64,000 nucleotides of DNA from an uncultured beta proteobacterium. GTDB taxonomy: Bacteria > Pseudomonadota > Gammaproteobacteria > Burkholderiales > SG8-39. The DNA lies in NCBI GenBank assembly GCA_963754305.1, contig CAVWFR010000047.1, forward strand, positions 35,667-99,666, written 5' to 3'. Shown piece after piece: positions 18,570 to 29,895 of this stretch (its first letter is position 1; the number at the start of each line of letters is the position of its first letter). The position numbers and the translations under genes were made by a program. The notes beneath the pieces were generated by a model. It worked only from the letters and a program-made list of their open reading frames with translations. It had not been told where the DNA came from and did not search any database.

Positions 18570-19640
18570 TCACGCGGGCGGAGCGGGGGGCGCAAGCTCC
18601 TCGTGCACCCACGCGTCGAGAAGCGTGTAGGTCACCGCGAGCAGCACCGGCCCGACGAAGAGCCCGATCAGCCCGAACGAGACGAGCCCGCCGATCACGC
18701 CGGCGAAGATCAGAAGCAGCGGCAGGTCGGCGCCCTTCTTGATCAGGATCGGGCGCAGCACGTTGTCGAGGCTCCCGACGATCACCGTCCAGACGAGCAG
18801 CGCGATGAACCAACCGGTCTCGCCCTTCCAGTACAGCCAGACCAGCGCGCAGACGAGGACCGGCACCGCGCCGATCTGCGCGACCGCGAGCATGAACATG
18901 ACCGCGGTCAGCACCGCCACGAACGGCACGCCGGCGATCGCGAGCCCGATACCGCCGAGGAGCGACTGCACGAGCGCGGTCACCACCACGCCCAGCGCGA
19001 CGCCGCGGATCGCCTGGCCGGCGAGCCGCATCACGTTCTCGCCGCGCTCGCCCGCAAGTCGCCGGCCGAAGCGGAGCACCCACGCTGCGGCCGCCTCGCC
19101 CGAGCTGTACAGGATCGCGGCGATAACCACCGTGAGCACGAACTGCACGCTTACGAGCCCGAACTGGCCGACCTCGGCGACGAACCAACGCGTCACCGCG
19201 CCGGCATAGGGCGCCAGGATCGAGGCGAGCTCGTCAGGGCCGTTCTCGAGGAAACGGGTCCAGAGTTCGGTGATCTTCGCGCCGGCGAACGGGACGCGCA
19301 GCAGCCAGTCGGGCGGCGGGCCGAGCTTGAAGCCGCGGAGCGACTTGGCCCAGCTCGCGATCTCGTCGGCGTTGGCGACGATCGTGCCGATCGCCGCCGA
19401 GAACGGCGCGACGAAGACCAGCAGCAGCGCCACGATCATCGCGGTCACGGCGAGCCAGCGCTTGCCCCAGAGCCGCGCCTGCGCCGCGACCATCAGCGGC
19501 CAGGTCGACACCACGATCATCGTCGCCCAGATGGTCGCGGCGAGAAACGGACGCAGGATCCAGAACGTCGCAAAGATCATCCCACCGAGAAACAGCACCG
19601 CCAGAACGATGCGTGCGAGATCTTCCCGAGGGGGTGTCAT
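18570..19640 (-). CDS. AI-2E family transporter (PerM/YhhT-like)
   Basis: 356 aa, about 8 TM segments, with a typical pattern (ILRPFL..., LDNVLRPILIKKGADLPLLLIFAGVIGG). Confidence 0.8.
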   Translation of the reverse strand: MTPPREDLARIVLAVLFLGGMIFATFWILRPFLAATIWATMIVVSTWPLMVAAQARLWGKRWLAVTAMIVALLLVFVAPFSAAIGTIVANADEIASWAKSLRGFKLGPPPDWLLRVPFAGAKITELWTRFLENGPDELASILAPYAGAVTRWFVAEVGQFGLVSVQFVLTVVIAAILYSSGEAAAAWVLRFGRRLAGERGENVMRLAGQAIRGVALGVVVTALVQSLLGGIGLAIAGVPFVAVLTAVMFMLAVAQIGAVPVLVCALVWLYWKGETGWFIALLVWTVIVGSLDNVLRPILIKKGADLPLLLIFAGVIGGLVSFGLIGLFVGPVLLAVTYTLLDAWVHEELAPPAPPA

Positions 19641-19789
19641 GGCGCGGGCAGGGGGGACCTGCGGATGTTACCCGCCCGGCGCAGTACGCGAAAACGCCCG
19701 CGGTGGGCGGGCGTTCTTCTCGCAGTGAAACCCCTCGCTCGCTCCTGTCGGCGCGGGCACGCGGCCCGCGCCCGCAGCGAGGACGGCGT

Positions 19790-21382
19790 TCAGTCGATCT
19801 GCTCGTAAGCGGGCAGCGTGAGAAACTCGACGTACTCGCCGGTGGTGATCTCGTCGAAGAGCTTTGCCGCCGCCTCGTACTTCCCGGCCTGCCACGCCTC
19901 GTCGCCGAGATAGGTGCGTACCTTCGGCAGCTCTTCCGCGGCGAGCTTGCGGAACAGCTCGACGGTGACCTTGCGGCCGTCGTCGAGCACGCCCTTCGGG
20001 GAGCGGATCCACTGCCAGATCTGCGAGCGCGAGATCTCGGCCGTGGCGGCGTCCTCCATCAGGTTGAACACCGGGACGCAGCCGTTGCCGGCAAGCCAGG
20101 CGCCGAGATACTGGATGCCGACGCTGATGTTGGCGCGGAGCCCGCTCTCCGTAATCGGTTTCTCCGGCCGAAAATCGAGCAGGTCTTTCGCCCCATAGCC
20201 CACGTCCGGACGCTGCCGCGAGTACTGATTGGGCGTCGGCATGTGCTCGTCGAACACTGCCTTGGCGATAGGCACCAGTGCCGGATGCGCGACCCAGGTC
20301 CCGTCGCAGCCGTCGGTGACCTCGCGCAGCTTGTCCTGGCGGACTTTCTCGAGTGCGGCGTCATTGGCGACCGGGTCGTTCTTGATCGGAATCTGCGCCG
20401 CCATGCCGCCCATCGCGGGCGCGTTGCGGCGATGGCAGGTCTTCACCAGCGTGAGCGCGTAGGCGCGCATGAAGGGCGCGGTCATCGACACTTGCGCGCG
20501 GTCCGCGAGGCAGAAATCCTTGTTGACCCGAAACTTCTTGATGCACGAGAAAATGTAGTCCCAGCGGCCGATGTTGAGGCCGGCCGAGTGGTCCTTGAGC
20601 TCCCACAGGAACTCGTCCATCTCGAACGCAGCGACGACCGTCTCGATCAGGCAGGTCGCCCGCACCGAGCCGTGCGGCACGCCGCGCTCCTTCTGCGCCA
20701 GCGTGAAGATGTCGTTCCAGAGCCGCGCCTCGAGGTGGCTCTCCATCTTCGGCAGGTAGTAGTACGGGCCCGAGCCGCGAGCGAGCAGTTCTTTCGCGTT
20801 GTGGAAGAACAGCAGACCGAAGTCGAAGATCGCGCCGGACACGAGCTGGCCGTCGATCTTCACGTGCTTCTCGTCGAGGTGCCAGCCGCGCGGCCGCGGG
20901 ATCAGCACCGCGGTCCGGTCGTTGAGCTTGTATTGCTTGCCGTTCTGCTCCAGGGTGATCGCGCGGCGAACGGCGTCGCGGATGTTGATCTGCCCGTCGA
21001 TCATGTTGTCCCAGGTGGGGCAGTTCGCGTCCTCGAAGTCCGCCATGAAGGTCGACGCGCCGCAGTTGAGCGCGTTGATCACCATCTTGCGGTCGGTCGG
21101 GCCGGTGATCTCGACCCGGCGGTCGCGCATGTCCTGCGGTTGATCGGCGATCTTCCACTCCGAATCGCGGATCGGCTTCGTCTCGGGCAGGAAGTCGGGC
21201 AGCTGGCCCGTGTCGAACTCTTTCTGTCGCGCGTGACGGCGGGCGAGCAGCTCCTGGCGGCGCGGCTCGAACGCGCGGTGAAGCTGGGCGACGAACGCCA
21301 GCGCTTCGGGGGTAAGGATCGTGGCGTACTCGGGAGTCACGCGGCCGTGAACCTCGATGCCGCCGGGGTACTTGTCGGTCAT
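19790..21382 (-). CDS. aceB: Malate synthase A
   Basis: Start at MTDKYPGGIEV. Colinear by eye with E. coli AceB (LPDFLPETKPIRDSEWKIA..DRRVEITGPTDRKMVINALN..FMADFEDANCPTWDNMIDGQINIRDA). About 530 aa. Confidence 0.9.
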   Translation of the reverse strand: MTDKYPGGIEVHGRVTPEYATILTPEALAFVAQLHRAFEPRRQELLARRHARQKEFDTGQLPDFLPETKPIRDSEWKIADQPQDMRDRRVEITGPTDRKMVINALNCGASTFMADFEDANCPTWDNMIDGQINIRDAVRRAITLEQNGKQYKLNDRTAVLIPRPRGWHLDEKHVKIDGQLVSGAIFDFGLLFFHNAKELLARGSGPYYYLPKMESHLEARLWNDIFTLAQKERGVPHGSVRATCLIETVVAAFEMDEFLWELKDHSAGLNIGRWDYIFSCIKKFRVNKDFCLADRAQVSMTAPFMRAYALTLVKTCHRRNAPAMGGMAAQIPIKNDPVANDAALEKVRQDKLREVTDGCDGTWVAHPALVPIAKAVFDEHMPTPNQYSRQRPDVGYGAKDLLDFRPEKPITESGLRANISVGIQYLGAWLAGNGCVPVFNLMEDAATAEISRSQIWQWIRSPKGVLDDGRKVTVELFRKLAAEELPKVRTYLGDEAWQAGKYEAAAKLFDEITTGEYVEFLTLPAYEQID

Positions 21383-21580
21383 GGAGCCTCGGGAGGGGGA
21401 GAAGCAAGAAAGCCGGGATTCTACTATTGCTGCAACGCGCAACCGGCCTTTCGGCGCTCTTTCCGGATTGCGGAACACTGTCGCGGGCCGCGTTGACCAG
21501 CAGCGACCGCGGGGTCGAAGGGGTGGCCAAACAGGTGGCGCCGGGCGTCAAATGACGCTCCGACGGGGCCGGGGCGCGGC

Positions 21581-22996
<1,416 letters not shown>

Positions 22997-23169
22997 GCGC
23001 GCGCTCCGGCCCGCGGCGCTCCGCGGCGCGTTCGATCGGAAATTTCAGGCGATGCCATGTGTCGTCGCGCTCCCGCTAAGGCTCGATTGAGAAGGGCACG
23101 GCCCCTCGTAACGCCCCGATTCCAGAGGGCCGCGCCTCGCAAGGACAGCACTTGATTCAAGCATCGCCC

Positions 23170-24282
23170 CTAAGTCGGTCGATTCCCGGCGCCCCGTTCC
23201 GTGCTTCCGCGCAGGGGCAGCGTGATGCTGAATACCGTCCGCCCCGGCTGGCTGTCGCACTCGATCGAGCCCTGGTGTTGCTGCACGAACGTCTGGGCGA
23301 GCGTCAGGCCGAGCCCGGTTCCGCCCTCGCGGCCCGAGACGAGAGGGTGAAACACCCGCTCCCGCAACTCGGGCGGAATGCCCGGGCCGTTGTCGAGCAC
23401 TTGCAATTCCAATGCCAGCCGGTGACGCCGCCGTGCGATCGTCGCCGAGCGGGCGATGCGGGTGCGCAGCACGATCTCCCCCGGGGCGGGATTGCCATCG
23501 GGAAAGCGCCCGCTCGACGCCCCCGCAAAGGCCTGCGCGGCGTTGCGGACGATGTTGAGCACCGCTTGGATCAGCTGCTCGCGGTCGCCCTGGATCTCCG
23601 GGAGGCTGGTGTCGTAATCGCGCTCGATGCGCGCGCCGGCGGGGAACTCGGCGAGGATGAGGCTGCGCACCCGCTCGCAGACCTCGTGGACGTTCACCTG
23701 GCCGACATGCGGCGGGCGGTGCGGCGTCAGCAGGCGGTCCATCAGCAGCTGGAGGCGGTCGGCCTCCTTGATGATGACCTGGGTGTACTCGCGGAGGTCG
23801 GGCCGGTCGAGCTCGCGCTCGAGGAGCTGCGCGGAGCCTCGCAGGCCGCCGAGCGGGTTCTTGATCTCGTGCGCCAGGTTGCGGATCAGCTCGCGGTTGG
23901 CGACCGCCTGCGTGAGGCTGCGCTCCTCGCGCTCGATCCGCAGACGCTGGTCGATCGAGCGCAGCTCGAGCACGAGCCGCGCGCCCCCGCTCTCCGCCGG
24001 CGTAGCGAGGCAATTGAGGTGCAGGGCGGGCGCGCCGGCGCGCTCGAGGTCGAGGGCCTGGTCCCAGAAGCCCCAGCTCTTCGCAATCGCGTGGCGCAGC
24101 TTGGCGTCGAACTGCCGGCCCTGCACGAAGAGATCGGGGAAGCGCTGCCCGGCGAGCTGCCTGGCGCCCGAATCGAGCAAATGCTCGGCCGGCGGGTTGA
24201 CGTAGAGGACGCGGAGCTCCGCGTCGAGCACGACGACCGCGGTGCCGAGCAGATCCAGCCCGGGAAAGGCGGGCGCGTTCAC
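23170..24282 (-). CDS. glnL: Nitrogen regulation sensor histidine kinase NtrB
   Basis: PAS-like N-terminus, H-box NLAHEIKNPLGG, N-box NIVRNAAQA and G-box DNGPGIP..GGTGLGL. It lies upstream of ntrC. Confidence 0.9.
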   Translation of the reverse strand: MNAPAFPGLDLLGTAVVVLDAELRVLYVNPPAEHLLDSGARQLAGQRFPDLFVQGRQFDAKLRHAIAKSWGFWDQALDLERAGAPALHLNCLATPAESGGARLVLELRSIDQRLRIEREERSLTQAVANRELIRNLAHEIKNPLGGLRGSAQLLERELDRPDLREYTQVIIKEADRLQLLMDRLLTPHRPPHVGQVNVHEVCERVRSLILAEFPAGARIERDYDTSLPEIQGDREQLIQAVLNIVRNAAQAFAGASSGRFPDGNPAPGEIVLRTRIARSATIARRRHRLALELQVLDNGPGIPPELRERVFHPLVSGREGGTGLGLTLAQTFVQQHQGSIECDSQPGRTVFSITLPLRGSTERGAGNRPT

Positions 24283-24328
24283 GTCGCGCCCCCGCCGGGC
24301 CGCGCCGCCGACCGGCGGCGCGGTCTGC

Positions 24329-24838
24329 TCAGCGCATGCTGATGAGCTCTCGCCGGAGCGCGGCGACGTTCCGCTCGTGGCGCTCGACCGCTTCCTGGTA
24401 AGGCTTCAGCCGGTCGAGGACCCGCTGGTAATTCTTCTCGTCGCCGTTGCGTACCGATTCCTGCTCGGTGAGCTTGGCCCGTGCCTCGCCGAGGCTCTTT
24501 TCCTCGCTCGTGAGCTCGTCCTCGAGGATCCTGCGGCGGCCGTCGTCCCGCGACTTCTGCGTGTCCCGGTCGACCTTCGGGAAGCTCGACGGCGTGGGCG
24601 TCGCCGCGGCCGCGCGCTGCGGCTGCGGCTGCGGCTGCGGGGGCGGCCCGGCAACGACCGAGACCTCCTTGGTCACGACGGTGCACTGCTTGTTCTCGGT
24701 CTCTTTCTTGATGTTGGTGTAGTGCGCACGGTTGTCCGACTCCATGCACTTCCACACCGTGGCCTGCGCGGACGCGCCCGATGCCACCGCGAACGCAGCA
24801 CACGCAAGCAACCGGGTCGCGGCAATCATGAGCATCAC
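24329..24838 (-). CDS. Secreted DUF4124 domain protein with a (PQ)n linker and a coiled-coil tail
   Basis: Signal peptide, then TVWKCMESDNRAHYTN (DUF4124-like), then PPPQPQPQPQ encoded by (ctgcgg)x4 at 24617-24640. It sits between glnA and ntrB. Confidence 0.7.
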   Translation of the reverse strand: MMLMIAATRLLACAAFAVASGASAQATVWKCMESDNRAHYTNIKKETENKQCTVVTKEVSVVAGPPPQPQPQPQRAAAATPTPSSFPKVDRDTQKSRDDGRRRILEDELTSEEKSLGEARAKLTEQESVRNGDEKNYQRVLDRLKPYQEAVERHERNVAALRRELISMR

Positions 24839-25044
24839 CTGGATCGAGGAAGGCCTTCAAGTCTAGGGCAAGAGCACCCTGATTACAAAACACTTTCCAG
24901 GCCTCCGATGGGCCGTATGTCACGCCCCGCGCAAGGGGTTGTGCCGCGACCCGCGGGCGGCGTCGAGGCAACGGCGCGCGCCCGGGCAGCGACGGGTAGC
25001 CGCGCCGCCGTCCGCGGCGAGCGAGGCGCCGCCGGACGCGCCGG

Positions 25045-26460
25045 CTACGAGCTGTAGTACATCTCGAACTCGAGCGGGTGGGTGGTCATGCGGAACCGCG
25101 TCACCTCGTCCATCTTGAGCGCCGAGTACGCGTCGAGCATGTCGTTCGAGAACACCCCGCCCCGGGTCAGGAACTCGCGGTCCTTGTCGAGGTGCTCGAG
25201 CGCCATGTCGAGCGACGAGCAGACGTTCGGGACTTTCTTCGCCTCTTCCGGCGGCAGGTGGTACAGGTCCTTGTCGAGCGGATCGCCGGGGTGGATCTTG
25301 TTCTGCACGCCGTCGAGGCCGGCCATCAGCATCGCGGCGAACGCAAGATAGGAGTTCGTCGTCGGGTCGGGAAAGCGCACCTCGACGCGGCGGGCCTTGT
25401 CGCTGTCGACGTAGGGGATGCGGCAGGCCGCCGAGCGGTTGCGCGCCGAGTACGCGAGGTTGATCGGCGCCTCGAAGCCCGGCACCAGCCGCTTGTACGA
25501 GTTCGTGCCCGGGTTGGTGATCGCGTTCAGCGCCTTGGCGTGCTTGATGATGCCGCCGATGTAGAACAGCGCGAAATCCGAGAGCCCGGCGTAGCCGTTG
25601 CCGGCGAAGAGATTCTTGCCCTCCTTCCACACCGACTGGTGGACATGCATGCCGGAACCGTTGTCGCCGACGATGGGCTTCGGCATGAACGTCGCGGTCT
25701 TGCCGTACGACGCGGCGGTCATCCAGACCGTGTACTTGAGGATCTGCATCCAGTCGGCGCGCTGCACGAGCGGCGCAAAGCGGGTGCCGATCTCGTTCTG
25801 GCCGGCGGCGCCCACCTCGTGGTGGTGCACCTCGACCTCGACGCCCTGCTGCTCGAGCGCGAGGCAGATCGCGTTGCGGATGTCGAGCAGCGTGTCCACC
25901 GGCGGCACCGGGAAGTAGCCGCCCTTGACCGGCGCGCGGTGCGCCATGTTGCCGCCTTCGTAGTCGTCGCCCGAGGACCACGGCGCCTCTTCCGACTTGA
26001 TCTTCACGCTGCAGCCGGCCATGTCGACGTGCCACGTCACCGAGTCGAAGATGAAGAACTCCGGCTCCGGGCCGAAGTAGGCGGTGTCGCCGAGACCGGT
26101 CGACTTGAGGTAGGCCTCGGCCTTCTTCGCGATCGATCGCGGATCGCGGTCGTAGGGCTTCATGTCGGCGGGTTCGATGACGTCGCAGCTCACGTTGAGC
26201 ACCGGCTCGTCGGTGAACGGGTCGAGGCGCGCGCTCACCGGATCGGGCATCAGCAGCATGTCGGAGGCTTCGATCCCCTTCCAGCCGGCGATCGAGGAAC
26301 CGTCGAACGCGTGGCCCTTCTCGAACTTCTCCATGGTGAAGTATTTCGCGGGCACGGTGACGTGCTGTTCCTTGCCGCGGGTGTCGGTGAACCGGAAGTC
26401 GACGAACTTGATCTCCTTATCTTTGGCGAGCTTGAGCACCTCGGCAGCGGTCATTGCCAT
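25045..26460 (-). CDS. glnA: Glutamine synthetase type I
   Basis: 471 aa: [34 protein letters not shown]..; an adenylylation-site region (NLYHLPPEE type: [11 protein letters not shown]); typical GSI length. Confidence 0.97.
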   Translation of the reverse strand: MAMTAAEVLKLAKDKEIKFVDFRFTDTRGKEQHVTVPAKYFTMEKFEKGHAFDGSSIAGWKGIEASDMLLMPDPVSARLDPFTDEPVLNVSCDVIEPADMKPYDRDPRSIAKKAEAYLKSTGLGDTAYFGPEPEFFIFDSVTWHVDMAGCSVKIKSEEAPWSSGDDYEGGNMAHRAPVKGGYFPVPPVDTLLDIRNAICLALEQQGVEVEVHHHEVGAAGQNEIGTRFAPLVQRADWMQILKYTVWMTAASYGKTATFMPKPIVGDNGSGMHVHQSVWKEGKNLFAGNGYAGLSDFALFYIGGIIKHAKALNAITNPGTNSYKRLVPGFEAPINLAYSARNRSAACRIPYVDSDKARRVEVRFPDPTTNSYLAFAAMLMAGLDGVQNKIHPGDPLDKDLYHLPPEEAKKVPNVCSSLDMALEHLDKDREFLTRGGVFSNDMLDAYSALKMDEVTRFRMTTHPLEFEMYYSS

Positions 26461-26543
26461 GTTGTTCTCCTATCGATGTTTGGTAGAGCGATCCCTGAGC
26501 GAATCGAAGCGCGGACTTGGATGTGACCTAATCCGCGAGGCGA

Positions 26544-26560
26544 TTGCGAAAACCATGCCA
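26544..26560 (-). promoter_or_regulatory. Sigma54 (-24/-12) promoter of glnA (glnAp2-like)
   Basis: The - strand reads TGGCATggttttCGCAA, with GG and GC at the canonical spacing (consensus TGGCACG-N4-TTGCW). It lies 84-100 nt upstream of the glnA ATG. Confidence 0.75.
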
Positions 26561-26623
26561 CGGGTTCGGCTCGCCGTAGGTCCCTGTGCGGCAAGGGCGC
26601 AAGCGGGCCGTCCAGAGTGGATT

Positions 26624-26640
26624 CGCACGCCACTGGTGCA
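26624..26640. promoter_or_regulatory. NtrC enhancer site (proximal)
   Basis: cGCACgccacTGGTGCA against the consensus TGCACC-N5-GGTGCA. Confidence 0.6.
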
Positions 26641-26653
26641 GTCGGCGCGATTG

Positions 26654-26670
26654 TGCACTATGTCGGTGCG
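26654..26670. promoter_or_regulatory. NtrC enhancer site (distal)
   Basis: TGCACTAtgtcGGTGCg is close to E. coli glnAp2 site TGCACTATATTGGTGCA. Its centre is about 30 bp from the other site. Confidence 0.65.
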
Positions 26671-26795
26671 GCGCGCGAGCGAGCCCGTTGATTGTGTACG
26701 AGTCACTGCGTCGCGGCGTGCGATGTGCCAGGGCGTCCCCACGATGCCCCGCACGGCTTAAACTCCTGCGTCAGACCACAGCCTCCACTCAACTC

Positions 26796-27251
26796 ATGGA
26801 AACGCCTAAACAAATCCTCGAACGCGCGCGCGCCAGAGCGCTGGAACTTGGCGTGCCCTATGCCGGTGCGCTCACGCCGCAGGAGGCCGCCACGCTATTG
26901 CGGAGCGAGCCGGGGACGAAGCTCGTCGACGTTCGCACCCGCGCCGAGTGGGAGTGGGTCGGACGGATCCCGGAGACGGTGCTCATCGAATGGAACGGCT
27001 GGCCCGGCGGCGCGCGCAATGCCGAGTTCGAGCGGGAGCTGCTCGCGCGCGTGCCGGACAAAGCCCCTCCGATCCTCTTCCTGTGCCGCAGCGGCGGGCG
27101 GTCGCATCACGCCGCCGCCGCCGCAGCGCAACTCGGCTACACCCTCGCGTTCAACGTGCTCGAAGGGTTCGAGGGCGACAAGGACGCGAGCGGTCATCGC
27201 GGTACCGTCGGCGGCTGGAAGTTCGCCGGACTGCCCTGGATGCAGGGCTGA
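26796..27251 (+). CDS. Rhodanese-like domain protein
   Basis: Start at METPKQILERA. VDVRTRAEWEWVG..ILFLCRSGGRSHHAA (active-site CRSGGRS loop). The track ORF from 26586 overlaps the glnA promoter region. Confidence 0.8.
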   Translation: METPKQILERARARALELGVPYAGALTPQEAATLLRSEPGTKLVDVRTRAEWEWVGRIPETVLIEWNGWPGGARNAEFERELLARVPDKAPPILFLCRSGGRSHHAAAAAAQLGYTLAFNVLEGFEGDKDASGHRGTVGGWKFAGLPWMQG

Positions 27252-27283
27252 CAGGCTCTTAAACCCCCGCGCGCCCCGGCCCC

Positions 27284-28267
27284 ATGACGACGCTCCCGAC
27301 CTTTCTCGCGCGCGCGCTTTTCGCGCTCGCAATCTCGCTTGCGGCGGCGCTCCCGGCCTCAGCCCAGCCTTACCCTTTAAAACCGATCCGGATCGTGGTG
27401 CCGTTCCCGGCCGGCGGCATCGCCGACATCTATTCGCGGTTGATCGGCGCGCGGCTGACCGAGGTGTGGGGTCAGCCGGTCGTGGTCGAGAACCGCACCG
27501 GCGCGGGCGGCAACATCGGTGCGGACTTCGTCGCCAAGTCCCCGCCCGACGGCTACACACTGGTGATGGGGAGCTTCGGCACCCACGCGGTCAACGTCAC
27601 GCTGTTCTCGAAACTGCCGTACGACCCGGTGCAGGACTTCGCGCCGATCGCGCTCGCGCTCGAAGCCGAGGGGGTGCTCGTCGTGCACCCGTCCGTGCCG
27701 GCGCAGAGCGTCGCCGAGCTGATCGCGGTTGCGCGCGCGAAGCCGGGCACGCTGAGCTTCGCCTCGGCCGGCATGGGTACCGCGAGCCATCTAGCGGGCG
27801 AGCTGTTCAAAACCATGGCGAAGGTCGACATGGTCCACGTCCCTTACAAGGGCAACGTGCCCGCGCTCACCGATCTCCTGGCCGGCCAGACCGCGCTGAT
27901 CTTCGCCACCATGCCCACCGCCCTGCCGCACGTGAAGACGGGCAAGCTGCGTGCGCTCGCGACGATCGGCGCGACGCGATCGGCGGCGGCGCCCGAGCTG
28001 CCGACGGTCGCGGAAGCGGCCCTGCCGGGGTTCGAGGTGACCAACTGGGTCGGTCTCTTCGCGCCGGCCGGCACGCCACCCGAGATCGTCCGCCGCTTGA
28101 ATGACGAAGTGGTTCGCTTCATGCAGACACCCGAGATCGAGGCGCGCCTGCGGAGCGAAGGTGCGCGCTTCGTGCCGAACACCCCCGAGCAGTTCGGCGC
28201 TTTCGTCGCGGCGGAGATCGCGAAGTGGGCGCCGATCGTCAAAGCGTCCGGCGCCCGCGCCGACTGA
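27284..28267 (+). CDS. Bug-family (TctC-like) tripartite tricarboxylate transporter substrate-binding protein
   Basis: Signal peptide then QPYPLKPIRIVVPFPAGGIADIYSRLI..VENRTGAGGNIGA..; C-terminus EIAKWAPIVKASG. Confidence 0.9.
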   Translation: MTTLPTFLARALFALAISLAAALPASAQPYPLKPIRIVVPFPAGGIADIYSRLIGARLTEVWGQPVVVENRTGAGGNIGADFVAKSPPDGYTLVMGSFGTHAVNVTLFSKLPYDPVQDFAPIALALEAEGVLVVHPSVPAQSVAELIAVARAKPGTLSFASAGMGTASHLAGELFKTMAKVDMVHVPYKGNVPALTDLLAGQTALIFATMPTALPHVKTGKLRALATIGATRSAAAPELPTVAEAALPGFEVTNWVGLFAPAGTPPEIVRRLNDEVVRFMQTPEIEARLRSEGARFVPNTPEQFGAFVAAEIAKWAPIVKASGARAD

Positions 28268-28280
28268 CGCCCGGCCCGCC

Positions 28281-29883
28281 ATGCTCAACCCCGTCCGAGG
28301 CACGCGCGGGATGGCGGTCGCGCCGCACGCGCTCGCGTCGCAATCGGCGCTCGCGGTGCTGCGCGAAGGCGGCAACGCGCTCGAGGGGATGATCGCCGCG
28401 GCGGCAACGATCGCGGTCGTCTATCCGCACATGAACTCGATCGGCGGCGACTCGTTCTGGCTCGTACATGTCCCCGGCGCCGACCCGCAGGGCATCGACG
28501 CCTGCGGGGCCGCGGCGCAGGCCGCGTCGATCCAGTGGTACGCCGAACGCGGGATTACCGGCACGATCCCGTTCCGCGGCGGCATCGCGGCGAACACCGT
28601 CGCCGGTACGATCTCGGGCTGGGCGCTCGCGCACGAAATGAGCCGCGAGGCCGGCGGCAAGTTCCCGCTCTCGCGCCTGCTCGAGGACGCGAGCCACTAT
28701 GCGAAGGGCGGCATCCCGGTCACGCGCAGCCAGCACGTCAACACCGCGGCGAAGCGGAGGGAGCTCGAGCCACAGCCGGGCTTCGCGGAGGTGTTTCTCC
28801 CGCGCGGAAGCGTCCCCGCGACCGGCGCGTTGTTCCTGCAGCCGAAGCTCGCCGCGACGCTCGAGCAGCTCGCCCGCGCGGGGCTCGCCGACTTCTACCG
28901 CGGCGAGCTCGCGCGCTCGATCGCCGCGGACCTCGCCGCGGCCGGTTCGCCGGTCGCTGCTCGCCGATCTCGACGCGCACGCCGCCCAGCGCCGCGCCCC
29001 GCTCGCGCTCGCGCATTCGCTCGGCCGCGTCCTCAACATGCCGCCGCCGACGCAAGGCGCGATCTCGCTCGCGATCCTCGGCCAGCTCGACCGGCTCGGG
29101 ATCGCCGGGCTCGATCCGCTCGGCGCCGACTTCGTCCATCTCGCGGTGGAGGCAACCAAGCAGGCGTTCCGTCACCTCCGCGAAAAGCACCTCACCGATC
29201 CGGCGTACATGACGGTAACCGCGGAATCGCTCGTCGCGCCGACGATGCTCGACGAGCTCGCGCGCGGCATCGCGCGCGACCGCGCGTTGCCGTGGGGACA
29301 AGGCCAACCCCCTTCCGACACGGTCTGGATGGGGGTCATCGATGGCGCCGGCCGGGCGGTGAGCTTCATCCAGAGCGTGTATCACGAGTTCGGCGCCGGC
29401 GTCGTGCTGAAAGAAAGCGGCATCTGCTGGCAGAACCGCGGTTGCTCGTTCAGCCTCGACCCGGATGCGCTCAATTCGCTCCGGCCGCGGCGAAAGCCCT
29501 TTCACACGCTGAACCCGGCGCTGGCGCTTTTGAAGGACGGCCGCACCGTGGTGTACGGCAACATGGGCGGCGACGGCCAGCCGCAGACCCAGAGCGCGGT
29601 GTTCAGCCGCACGCTCGTCCACGGCATGAGCCCGCAGGGCGCGATTGAAGCGCCGCGCTGGCTGCTCGGCCGCACCTGGGGCCAGGTCAGCGACACGCTC
29701 AAGCTCGAGTCGCGCTTCGCGCCGGAGACCGTCGCCGAGCTCCGGCGCCGCGGGCACGACGTCGAGATGGTGCAGCCGTACGACGAGATCGTCGGCCACG
29801 CGGGGTGCGTCATCCGCCATCCGGACGGTACGTTCGAGGGCGGCGCCGATCCGCGCAGCGACGGCTCCGTGGCAGCTTACTGA
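28281..29883 (+). pseudogene. ggt: Gamma-glutamyltransferase family protein, reading frame broken near 28941-28960 (one extra base; true pseudogene or sequencing error)
   Basis: The N-terminal part is in the frame of track ORF 28101..29648 (MLNPVRGTRGMAVAPHALASQSA..). The C-terminal part is in the frame of 28699..29883, with the nucleophile region SDTVWMGVIDGAGRAVSFIQS and a tail ADPRSDGSVAAY. Total length is 1603 nt (3n+1). Confidence 0.8.
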
Positions 29884-29895
29884 GGAGGGAACAAC

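Noticed and set aside
16873-19188. A 771-aa version of the TPP enzyme.
   Set aside because: The N-terminal ~210 residues are Arg-rich nonsense overlapping the AI-2E transporter gene in another frame. The conserved TPP-enzyme N-terminus begins at MQITGAEAF (18561).
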